Both the position numbers and the translations under genes were made by a program. Below are positions 13,154 through 24,070 of a DNA stretch of 31,309 bases, in pieces. Each line of letters starts with the position of its first letter. Position 1 is the stretch's first letter. The notes beneath the pieces were generated by a model. The model was given only the letters and a program-made list of their open reading frames with translations, did no database searches and was not told the origin of the DNA. Source of the stretch: Catajapyx aquilonaris (lineage: Eukaryota). The DNA lies in assembly GCA_000934665.2 (NCBI GenBank), contig KZ538024.1, positions 124,001 through 155,309 of the forward strand, read 5' to 3'.

Positions 13154-13220
13154 GTGCAATATCCAGAACAGCAAGCATTAGTTGGAAAAGGCATACAGAA
13201 GCCATACTACATCTTTCAAA

Positions 13221-15502
13221 ATGAAGATTGCCCTTATAGCGCTCATCCTAGCGATGGCAGTTGCATACGCTGCAATTGTGGTAAGATGAGTTTTTATTCA
13301 TTTGATTTTGACATTGTCACAGTGTCATCATTGGCATAGTTAATTGGACGGTGTTGTGCAATAATGAGTCAACCCACGTGAGAACAGTTTTGAGAAAAAG
13401 GTCTTTGAAGGTCATACCTGTGAAATTAATTCAGTGTTCTTTTCGGTCATTTATGGCAGAAGTATGCATATTTCACCAGCGTGATTTTAACTGAGTGAAA
13501 TAGCATCCTTCAGGTATATGTTCCTGGGCTTAGCTCAATTTTGACATTTTTGTGGGTTGACCCATTACTGCACAACACCGCCCAATTACTAGAAGCATAC
13601 AGGACATCTTGCTTACTTGTTTACTATAAATATTCCGAATTGCTGACAATATTTTAATGACAGTTTTTTAAAGCTATGTAAATATGCTTAAAGTGAGATA
13701 TGCATTTAGCGTGAGGCACTGCCCAAGTCCGAGAGGTAGGAGAAAAAGTAGTTACAAATTGTTTACCCCACCAACCAGATTAAGAAGATCTAACAATCGC
13801 TGAACTTCTTCCCCTTCCCTCCTGTTAGACAATACCATAATTATTACCTGTACATTTTACGTCCCCGATATGCATATTGTAAAATACCGCTAATATGCAT
13901 GACATAAAACACTGATACAATGCAACACATGATAACTGATACAAAAACCACATTTAAAATTTCTGAATTTTCTTTCAGCCCAGCCGAGAAGCAGTAGAAG
14001 ATGAAGAGGAAGAAGCCAATGACATTCATAAGCGGCTATTTTTTCGTAAGAATCTATCCTAATATTGATGTTGTAAATACTGAGCTGCAACTGTGTTACA
14101 TCCTTGCTATTTAAATTGCTAAGCCGGCGTCAATAATACCATTATGTAGTCGAGAATGTTCGGATAAGTGAAGAGGGGAGGCATTGTAAATTTCGCCTGA
14201 AGTTAGTCATTTTTGTTAAGCTTTTTGCAGCCCGATGAAAGTGCCCAATTACTTCCAGTTGTGACCTAGCATGAACTGAATCTCCAAAAAAATCATGAAG
14301 TGAAACACAATTATTTTATCGTACCACATTGCAATATTTACATATCGATATCATTCTGTAAAATTGCAAAGTGATACGATAAAATATTTGCAGAGAACTT
14401 CATCGTTTTCTTACAACAGTGAAGAATTTATTAATAGTCGTCATACTGATTGTTTATCCCTTTTCTCTTTATTGATATGCATAAGTTATTAATTAATTTT
14501 AAATGCTGAGTTCCCTCAATTTTAAAGCATATTCAAGCACATGAGACGTAAATCAGAAACGTGGCGTATAGCCTTCATTAGCTACATTTAGGCGTACAAT
14601 AGATCACGATTCTGGTAACTAAAACTTTCAAAAAAAATGAAGAAAATAGCCCTTTCTTTGAAATATAATTTGTCATTTTCAGAATCTACTTGTGAGTTTA
14701 TAAGTTTTCAATATTCTCCTAAATGAATTATTTAAGACCAGGGTATCTTACCTTGGATCATCATACGCCATTTTTAATAATCAACTGTCAAAATCAGCTG
14801 AATCACTTTCAATAAGACTATTGCATTCAGATGACAATCTCAAGCATTATTGACACAATGGCATCATGATACAATGAGACAGGTATTCATAATTTTCCAA
14901 AAAATATTTGAGAGAAGTAATACTCTATTGACACTTGAAATCATAATGTTCACATTCCTCAATCGGCGACATGTCAGTATAATGTAGCCTACTGTTCTAC
15001 CGGAATATCTCTGACCCTAGAGATGATTCTATTCTCGATCGGGGAGGGAAACTTTCGGATAGGGGGAGGAGGTGGGGGTACTGAGAATGGAATGCAAGTC
15101 GGAAATCCGTAATTAGGAAGTTGCAGTGCGTATGTGAATCACAGGCAGAACACTTTCTCCCTTACTATCAAGAACAGAATTACCTGGAGGGGGGCGTGTC
15201 GGTTCGAAGGCATGCTGGCAGTAATGTGATCAACCAGTACTTGCTGAAATATAGCGTGGCAAAATAAACCAGATGTTCGATATAATTAGTTTATCTGATC
15301 ACAGGGGAAAACAGTTGCAGAAAGTTATTAAGTTACTTAATTTTTTTAAATTCTAATATATTATTATTATATTTCCACAGCTTCCGGCGATCCAAACGGC
15401 ACCGTTGTAGACATTCGTCTATGGTGGCCCATCTTGAAACTTGTAACAAATCCATTAACAATACCGGTAGGAAACTTAAACCCAGGACAGTTAGGAGGCT
15501 AA
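13221..15502 (+). CDS. Secreted prepropeptide C (82 aa, 3 coding exons)
   Basis: Exons 13221-13280 (MKIALIALILAMAVAYAAIV|gtaag), 13979-14045 (PSREAVEDEEEEANDIHKRLFF|gtaag) and 15381-15502 (PSGDPNGTVVDIRLWWPILKLVTNPLTIPVGNLNPGQLGG*). TATAAAA at 13147, AATAAA at 15565. Clear homology to E. Confidence 0.92.
13346..13583. mobile_element. MITE in intron 1 of gene C, flanked by AATT
   Basis: TIRs of about 32 bp: GGACGGTGTTGTGCAATAATGAGTCAACCCAC / GTGGGTTGACCCATTACTGCACAACACCGCCC, with AATT on both sides. A Sola1-like AWWT target is a tentative assignment. Confidence 0.8.
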
Positions 15503-15564
15503 GTGAATGTGCAGTATTAGAACATTGTAGTGTCCATTAATTGTACCAGAGTTCTTATTATTTG

Positions 15565-15570
15565 AATAAA
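15565..15570 (+). terminator. Polyadenylation signal, gene C
   Basis: AATAAA about 60 bp after the stop, followed by a GT/T-rich tract. Confidence 0.65.
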
Positions 15571-17517
15571 AAAGTGCATAACCTCTATAATATTGTTTGT
15601 ATCATCGACAAAACATTCCCGTATTATTTTATTCCGGACAATAAATGTTTGCATCTTAAAACGATGCCGCAAGACGCCCAAAATGAATTGCGCAATATAT
15701 TACAATGACACAAAAAATTGAAAACTGGCGCAGAGTAACGTTGTAACTAACAGGACCGACCCTGTTAGTTGCAACATTATTTTATACAAGTCACAAGTCA
15801 CCAATATTATTAATAAGATTCAAAGTGGCGTTGATTAATTATTATTATTGGGTATAAGCACTTTGAATCCAAACGCAACATAGCAGTCAAATATGTTCAC
15901 TGGGTGTTTCATAATTGTACGGCCACATAATACGTTACGATTCTATGGACCAAGTGAGAAAAAAAAATGTGATGTGATGATATGTGATTCAAGCCATGGT
16001 ACGTTAGAAATACTATGTTAAAAGTGGCCCTTTTCCACTGTTATTAATATTGTTATAGGACAAGTGTATAATTATTAGGAACAGCAATGAAAAATACAAC
16101 TTTCTTGTAAACGTGGTTTATAACAATGAAATAATAAGCGCCACATTTTACAAAGTTTTTCTCGCATAATTATGCCCCTGGGTGTCATTCTGTACCGTCA
16201 CCCTACATTTTCATACTTTTCCTTTGCCTAAAAAATCGCGTGTGAATTTGCCGCCGTGCAATTACGATCCACCTGCAGAGGCTACCACTGGGCAATATTT
16301 ATGGCCGCTTCAGGTAGGACTCTGTCAATCATAACCTACATCTCAGCGCTACGTCATGCTCAGTTTTTAGTCGACATGATTTGCAATCCTATATCATCCC
16401 TATTTTCATGGAAACAATCAAACGTATAGCATGCCATTTTAAAAGGTTTTACATTTCATTTCCATTATTTTAACTACATTTTGTTAGAGATATAGGGTTG
16501 CCTATATTTGCACATTTTCTCACTGATACCCTAATATCATAGGAAACCTCCCACTGACCTCATTATGAGAGGCTCAACAAATACATACAGTATATTCAAG
16601 TTGCATAAATAATGGCAATGTAGAATAATTATTTCCCAGTGGTGTGGGAAAAATTGTCCTAAGTAGATGAGAATGTGTGTAAATGATTCGGAGGAAAAGA
16701 TGCCTAAGAGATAAAGATGTCACGCAATACGTGGGATCTTAAAGGTCATTCCATTCTCCAGTTAGGGTGTAGGCTATAGGCCTATAATCTGAATATTAGA
16801 AAATAAATGTTTGATATTGCATCAACAAGGATATGAACCCCGGACCTACAGCTTGACTAGTCAGTGGTATTGTTGCAAATATTTCAGTTGAAAAATTCAC
16901 TATACTGTTACTTCATCTTGTGAGTTATGTACAGTATGATACATTTTTGTTGTATGCGAGACTTTCGGGGTTTTACAAGCACTGAAGTAATAATTCTCAG
17001 TGCTATGCGTAAACAGCTGCTAATTTTCTTACTTATTCATTTCCAAGGTCTCACATGAGCATGTTAGAGTGACTGCATAATACTGTCAGGATTAGGGTAA
17101 GTAGCTCCCACGCAACGGATAGAGCGACTCCTAGACAACTGCAGCCAAGATATCTAACCTACCTGATACGCTTTATTATTCACACGAGGATGTCACCGAA
17201 ACGTATTATCGCTGCACTATGTAAACAATGCAAAGAATCTGGATCAAGAACATTATGCAGGAGTTACTGACCACCCTTGCAGACACTTTTAATTTTAAAT
17301 GCCCATGATGTGAACTGATGTACCAGTATAGAAAAGCAAAATAATAAACATTCACATGGGACTATTTATGAGAACAATTACAACTGGCCATTTGCTGCAT
17401 TATTCTAAAAGCACTTCCTGTCATTGAATCTGAATATGTCTGCGTTAGGTCGTGACTTCCCGCCTACTTCCTTATTTGAGCGATTATTTTCACAGATGGT
17501 GCTGTCAGAAACAATCC

Positions 17518-17524
17518 TATATAA
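17518..17524 (+). promoter_or_regulatory. TATA box, gene D
   Basis: TATATAA 55 bp before the ATG. Confidence 0.65.
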
Positions 17525-17572
17525 GGTCATTTACGAAAACACTTGTCAGTCGGCATAATACACTAATACAAT

Positions 17573-19052
17573 ATGAAGTTCAACCTAGTTCTGGTTGTGA
17601 TTCATCTCACTGCCCTGGTTGCTCTTCCACTGTCCGAGGTAAGTTTTCGACACTGGAATTTTCTGCCTAATTAGTGGACAGGCCTATATACTGAAATGAT
17701 GCTGATATAATATTATCTGCTGGGGCTGTCGTGAAAGGTGTGTCAGGAACTTTCCAGGACAAACAAAGGCCAGCATAAATATGAGCACTAATATGAGCCA
17801 GTGATGATAATTAATATTGCAAGTAATGTTATCCATCAGACAATTCATTGGATTTATGGGGCTGTGACCAATGCGTCCCAGCAGATATAACGTATACTTT
17901 TGATATCTATGCTTTCTCTCCGAAAAATTATAATTTTTTGTTCGTAATAGTAGCCTAGTAGTTGATAAGAATCTAACTGAAATTTATTTCTATGAGAATG
18001 CTGTTGTGTGTGGTATGAAAACTCCCTGGTAAAAGAGGGAGTCCAGTTCCATTACATTAGCGTGTATAAGAGAACCAAAAGACAAAAATTACAGCAGGGA
18101 TGCAGGTGTCTGATTGTAATGTAGGAAGTAGGTCAATTAGCACTTGGTTAGTTCAGATAATTATGCAGTATACAGGTAAAAGGTGGACTGAAGACTCTGA
18201 ATGGATGACCTCCTCCTGGCCTTAAATACTGGAGGAATTTGGTGGTATAGGCAGCAGCTCAGGGTTCGTCACAAAGTAAAAACCGATAATATATAATCAT
18301 GGGTGGACAAAACAGGCCTGTGACCTCTTATTTATCTGGTACTATTAAATGTTTCTTTACTGACCAATTTGGAAGCAGCAAGAAACGACACACGGGAAAC
18401 CCACGCAATCCTCACAATCCGTCACAATTGAGAACATCCTGAGAATCAAACTCGAGGCTGAATAAGTGAATAACTATAACTTATTCCACTGTAGACTACT
18501 TTGTTTTAAGGCCAACAGGAGCGAAGAAACAATCAAAAGACGGTCATAGCGAGAGACTGTCGAACACTTGATATTTTTAATAAATTTTGTACCTCTTCTG
18601 CCAATTTCATTCAGGAGTGCAAATGGGATAGGGTGGAGATGATATCAGATGACTACAATATCTAAAAGTGATAATAACACTACCCTTCCATTTGTTAACA
18701 AATTTAAAAATAATTATGTATCCCAGGGTATTTAAAATACAGAAAGAAGATACCAGGGCAGATAGGATGTTCCAATAAAGGTCGATTACTACTGGTCCTT
18801 AGCGAGAGATAAACAGAGATAATGCATGTCATCCTAGGTTTCATTTGATTCGAAGAGGAAATGAAAGAACACTAATTTTGGCTGTGCTAGCCAAAAAGTA
18901 CCCTTAGTCAGCTTTGATTATTTATTTTAAATATAATATTGATGAGGTGGGGGTAGATTCCCTGGTGGTTAGGTTAAGTCACCCATCAAACCCTTGTCAC
19001 AAATCATTGCAGGGTAGTGTAAATGTAATGGTGGACCATTTACTGCATTAAC

Positions 19053-19142
<90 letters not shown>

Positions 19143-21627
19143 TGGACTATAACTTGTCAGAAATCCTTGTACAAGGGAGCAAGGGCGTTAACAAAGTACA
19201 GTACTATTTCATTTCCTTATCTGTAACTTAGTTTTTTAGACATACTGTAAGATTTCCTTAGCCTAAATTTTTGGCGCTTAAAATTTGAACTAGATGAATT
19301 TAACTGTAATTTGACCGTGATGTTATCGAGATATCATTAGGCCACAACATTATTATCAATAAAACGTTTACCTACGACAAACAGGGCTTTCCTCACTGCT
19401 TCGGTATATTATGCGGCAGGACAGCAGTTGGTCTCCCCAGAACAAAAGTAAAAGGTAGAGGTGTAAAATGTCGAGACACCAACAGGCAACAGCGCAGATT
19501 CAGAATTCAGAATTCATTCTGAATTCATACGGCTTCCGCAAGCCACAGCACTGTTCTCCGGCCAGTGCAGTTGTGGATGTGTGTACATACTTAACGTACA
19601 TCAAGACTATGCATTTCACCCTTCTCGACTTACCCTGATATCACTCAGAATCTTACAAAAAGGAACAGGGAGAAATTCCAAGTTTCCAAATGGAGTTGCT
19701 TTGTAGTGATTGCCATGCTCAAGCAAGATCGAGTGTTCGACTAATAACTTATTCAGATGCTGAATTAATTCAACTTACAACTTAGCTGCAGCATGTAAAA
19801 GCCATCCTGAATGATACTCAATAATAAATATGCTCATATAGGGTACTGCATAACTTATTTACCGTCGTCCATTTTAATCCAAAAATGTTCAAACCCCGCA
19901 GTAACACTCGGTAAGATATCATGCTAAACAGTGGGCATATATAAATAACACTTGTAAGGTTATTTCTCTCTTTGACTAAGAATGTCGGCATATGCCGATT
20001 CGTTTTTTTATTGCATACATTTGAGACAAATATGTCTGTAACCAATATCAATGTACGGATAGCATTGTGCAATGTGGGTTTCTCGAAGCTAAAGCACGTT
20101 CATGTGATCATCACCTGCTTCCATGTCGTTACATATTTGTGCCTCGATATTTCATGCCCCTACATTTTACACCTGTTTTGGGCCTAGGAAACCACTGGCA
20201 CCAGTTGCATGACCAATAAGTAAGAAACACCCTGCCTAGGGCATTATGGATCGTGTTGAATAGTTCTCTAATCCAGTTAACTTTATGGTCGGTATTACAC
20301 AGCCAACAATGGACTTCTGCGAAACAAAACGCTTACAGAAGAGAGCTCATTGTTGGGGCTATTACTTGACTGGTCACCTGAACACCTATAACAGTGTAAC
20401 GAGAAATTGACCTCTAACTCCCTCTCGGATCTCAGGCATTATTTGCATACCTGAATGTAGGGCTGTAGGCATATGCATCAGCTTGCTTCACAATTCCAGA
20501 ATAACACATACAAACGGAACCCTGAAATTCAGAACGGTTAGAGACACATTTTTGGTGAAACTGACCAATACTTTCCGAATGTCAAGTCAGCCTTCCCCTT
20601 ACAAAATATTACAGTCCTCTAGATAGAGCTATGTTAGAATAAGGTGGAGCCCGAATGGTCAACATAATTCAAACGACAAACCTGCACACCTCTAAATAAT
20701 TCCAATGTGTTTCGGATCTTTCTGAATATCATGGTTTCAAATGGTGTTACCAGATATTTGCCTGGTTGAAACAATATTATGGTCAAACTATATTACAGTA
20801 TTGTGTTTACTTCAGATCAGGTTTCATGTTTATGCCTCATCATTTCATTACAGAGGAAGGTTACGACCCCGGACACTTCATCAAGAAATTCCACTGGTAC
20901 CGTACACAATTGTTCAACATTAATATTACTACCAGTGGGCTCCTTAAAGTAGCCTTTTAAAGTTATAAAGTACCGCAAGTTATTTTTGCATCGCAATTAA
21001 TGATTTCTGCATGCCTTCAAGTTCTTGCGCGTACTGATACGTAGTACAGTACAGTAGGCTATATTACGCCTTATAAGTGTAGAGCATACTGAGTGTTCCA
21101 ATTGAAGTGTCCTTTGGCACTAACCTGCTTATTATTTATTACCTAGTTGATTTTAGAGGTTATCAAACTATTATTAGCTGATAGTATTAATCTTAGGTCG
21201 AATTGAATAATCTATCCAAACTCTGAATCTCATTTTTCTGATTGGGAATGATGGCCCGTTGGAACAATTAGCATTAAATGTAAATTATTGCAGAACCTAT
21301 TTTTTGCAGGCCAATGGTAAAGAAAAGGATGAGTTCAAGCAACCAGTTAATACAGCATTTTGATAAAGACTAAATGTAACAATTCAAAAGTTAAGCGCCC
21401 TAGTGCCAAAAATTTCCAACCAAAATAGGCATTTCAATCGGAACATCCTGTGATAACACTAACTGTAGTGGCTGAGACACTGTCCAGTTTATTATTGTTC
21501 AACTCTTGCAGATATTCCTGATGTGCCGAATTCAACACAAACTGGAAATAAACAGCTTCCGATTCCCATCCCCATGCCATTCGCTATTGGAGCTATTCCC
21601 ATATTTAATTTCCCAATAGGGAAATAG
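17573..21627 (+). CDS. Secreted peptide precursor D (about 74 aa, 3 coding exons), C-terminal GK
   Basis: Exons 17573-17638 (MKFNLVLVVIHLTALVALPLSE|gtaagt), 20854-20896 (RKVTTPDTSSRNST|gtacc; weaker donor, least certain exon) and 21512-21627 (DIPDVPNSTQTGNKQLPIPIPMPFAIGAIPIFNFPIGK*). TATATAA at 17518, AATAAA at 21692. Confidence 0.7.
19055..19141 (+). repeat. (AAT)29 microsatellite
   Basis: Read directly; in intron 1 of gene D. Confidence 0.98.
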
Positions 21628-21691
21628 GGGGTACAGTCACATTCCCTCACATCGTTACACAGATAATGAAGCGTTTTTTTCTAACATATAC

Positions 21692-21697
21692 AATAAA
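21692..21697 (+). terminator. Polyadenylation signal, gene D
   Basis: AATAAA about 65 bp after the stop. Confidence 0.6.
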
Positions 21698-22069
21698 AAT
21701 GATATTTGTCTTACTGTCAGTTATATCTAACAAAGAATAATCAGTCATTATGCACTGAATGTATGAAAAATGCATTCATGGAAGTATCCCAAGAATGGAC
21801 TGACCCGATTACTTGTAATACATATGCGTCCTGGTTGTAACACTTATCATCCGTATGTATTCACATTATTCAACAATGATACTTTTGCCTGTCATAATAA
21901 AAAGTGATTGATTGGTTCTAGCATGCCTATCCTTATCTATTAGCACATTGTGTCAGCCACTTTTGCAAGACCCGGAAATAAAATCTCTACCTCTATGATT
22001 AGGTCAAAATTTGAAAATGGGACCGGGTCCAGACAAAATATTCCAGATGTGTCCGCATTTTCAAACTGC

Positions 22070-22076
22070 TATAAAA
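22070..22076 (+). promoter_or_regulatory. TATA box, gene E
   Basis: TATAAAA 76 bp before the ATG. Confidence 0.7.
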
Positions 22077-22145
22077 TGGTCGAGTTTCAGATGTGGATTA
22101 TCAATCGTAAGTGAGGATTCCACATAGCTTGCTTGCATATCTCCG

Positions 22146-22698
22146 ATGATGAAGACTACTCTTGCTATCCTTTTCCTGGCGGCAGCAGTTACATATGGGG
22201 CAGTTATAGTAAGTTTACAATGTTGTTACCAGTTTGTCATCATTTCTTTTCTAAATAACCATACATCTTGGCCAATTTTAGTGACTGATCATTTATGATG
22301 GAATTTGTGACTGACATTTTCTGATTTCCAGCCTGACGTCGAGAGTAATGACGCCGGTGACAATGCCGCAGAAGAAGCTGGACCAACATTGAATATTTAC
22401 AAAAGGTTTATTCCAGTTCTGAGTGCTACAGACGGGGTTCCAAATGGTACAGGTACGATCTAATTTTCCTGAAGATCATTCAAGAGAAAGGTGTAAGCAT
22501 TAACAAATGGCAATCATAGCCTGCATATATACCGGGATAGGCTTGTGCCCTCTTAGTAGGCCTATTTGTTAATCGGTCTGTGTAGTGTGAGAGGTACTAC
22601 TGTAGCTACCTGTAGTGACTCCTCTGTCTAATCAGTCTTTCACACTAACTGCAACGTACACTTGCGTATAATATGAAAATATAAAGAATATGAGCTGC

Positions 22699-22744
<46 letters not shown>

Positions 22745-22971
22745 CAATTTTAACATTGCAATATGTAGAGTACGTAGCGTTAAACAGCAATGAGAATGCA
22801 ATAGATTAATCATGATATTTCAGTTTCATTTCCTGACAATCTGTTTACTTTTGTGCCCTTTTCATTATTACAGGTGCGAACGGCACCGTGGTCAATGTTC
22901 GATTCTGGCTGCTTCCGCCATTCAACCAGGCTACTAATGCTTTTAGTTTTCCAGTTAACACGATAGGCTGA
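22146..22971 (+). CDS. Secreted prepropeptide E (93 aa, 3 coding exons)
   Basis: Exons 22146-22208 (MMKTTLAILFLAAAVTYGAVI|gtaagt), 22332-22452 (PDVESNDAGDNAAEEAGPTLNIYKRFIPVLSATDGVPNGT|gtacg) and 22874-22971 (GANGTVVNVRFWLLPPFNQATNAFSFPVNTIG*). TATAAAA at 22070, AATAAA at 23010. Confidence 0.92.
22700..22741 (+). repeat. (ATT)14 microsatellite
   Basis: Read directly; in intron 2 of gene E. Confidence 0.97.
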
Positions 22972-23009
22972 TATTTGACATTCCCGTGGCTGTCTGAGAG
23001 CTTCTGTAC

Positions 23010-23019
23010 AATAAATAAA
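23010..23019 (+). terminator. Polyadenylation signal, gene E
   Basis: Overlapping AATAAATAAA about 40 bp after the stop. Confidence 0.65.
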
Positions 23020-23386
23020 CTATCACCATATATCTAGCAGTATGGCATTATTTTTTCATTTCAGGTATCATAGGATGACTGGATATCTTTTCCATGCTAT
23101 GATATTATTATATAGGCTATAATACATTTAATAACAGTGCGTGGTTTTCAAACTAATCTTTCCTCTTGCAATACTTCAAAAGTAGAGCCCTACTGTTATT
23201 ATGTATCTCACAAGCATCAGGTATTTATGCGAGTTAAATTGGATGCTGGATGATTCACATTTAAAAATATTTTACATTACGATCGCAGTTGACACTTCGT
23301 TGTGATCAGTGTATAATGGAATGGTTAATCGAGGCAATCCATACCGGCCAGTTTTTAAAATCAATTGTGAAATATTCGTCCTTATA

Positions 23387-23640
23387 CAGGGTGTTCCAAG
23401 TATTTTGGTCACTTCTTGATAACTGATATAGCCCGATAGCAGTTATTTTTGTAGCTTGTTGTGTCCCTAACCATGTGACCCATTCTATAACTACTGCTAT
23501 ATTCGATCCATTGAGGATCGAATATAGCAGGTGCTATAGAATGGAGCACATGGTTAGGGCCACGACAGCTACAAAAAATAACTGCTATCGGGCGGTATCA
23601 GTTATCAGTAAGAAGTGACCCAAATACTTGGAACACCCTG
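23387..23640. mobile_element. Fully palindromic Tc1/mariner-type MITE (254 bp), TA TSD
   Basis: TA|CAGGGTGTTCCAAGTATTT ... AAATACTTGGAACACCCTG|TA. The arms pair up to a central loop gatcc-attga-ggatc. Confidence 0.9.
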
Positions 23641-23939
23641 TATAGTGTATATCCTAATGCTCTAAAATAGCGGCCAACACTAATGCTGCACAGTAGAAAA
23701 GAGAAAAATGGCCTTTCTGAACTTGCCTTGCTACACATATCTCCAAATTATATACATGTAGCCGTCAAATATAAATACATATTTCAAGGAAAAGTCCACA
23801 TTTCCTCTTCAAGTATGGCCTTATTTTATTATTACCATGTCACTACACTATTCATTACACTTCAGAGTGTCCTTGCTATCGCTTTAAAATTTCAGAAGAC
23901 CTGGTAAAAATTCATACAAACCTCTAAGAAATCCGCAAG

Positions 23940-23947
23940 TATATAAA
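23940..23947 (+). promoter_or_regulatory. TATA box, gene F
   Basis: TATATAAA 131 bp before the ATG, preceded by TCCGC as in C and E. Confidence 0.55.
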
Positions 23948-24070
23948 CCTCGTTTAGCTACCAATACCTCAATCGCACCAGGAGACGCGAATTTTGAATA
24001 GAGTTAGGAACTGTAGAACTTCTTTCTTAACACTAAAGTATTTCATCTAACAAGAATACAGTAGTCTACT

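Noticed and set aside
18511..18642. Alternative exons for gene D (ANRSEETIKRR / SANGIGWR*)
   Set aside because: Needs a poor gtcata donor in phase 2, unlike the family's phase 1, and would orphan the good terminal exon at 21512. Not fully excluded without RNA data.
22107..22112. GTAAGT donor in the gene E 5' region
   Set aside because: Only a few bases past the expected TSS, with no good acceptor before the ATG.
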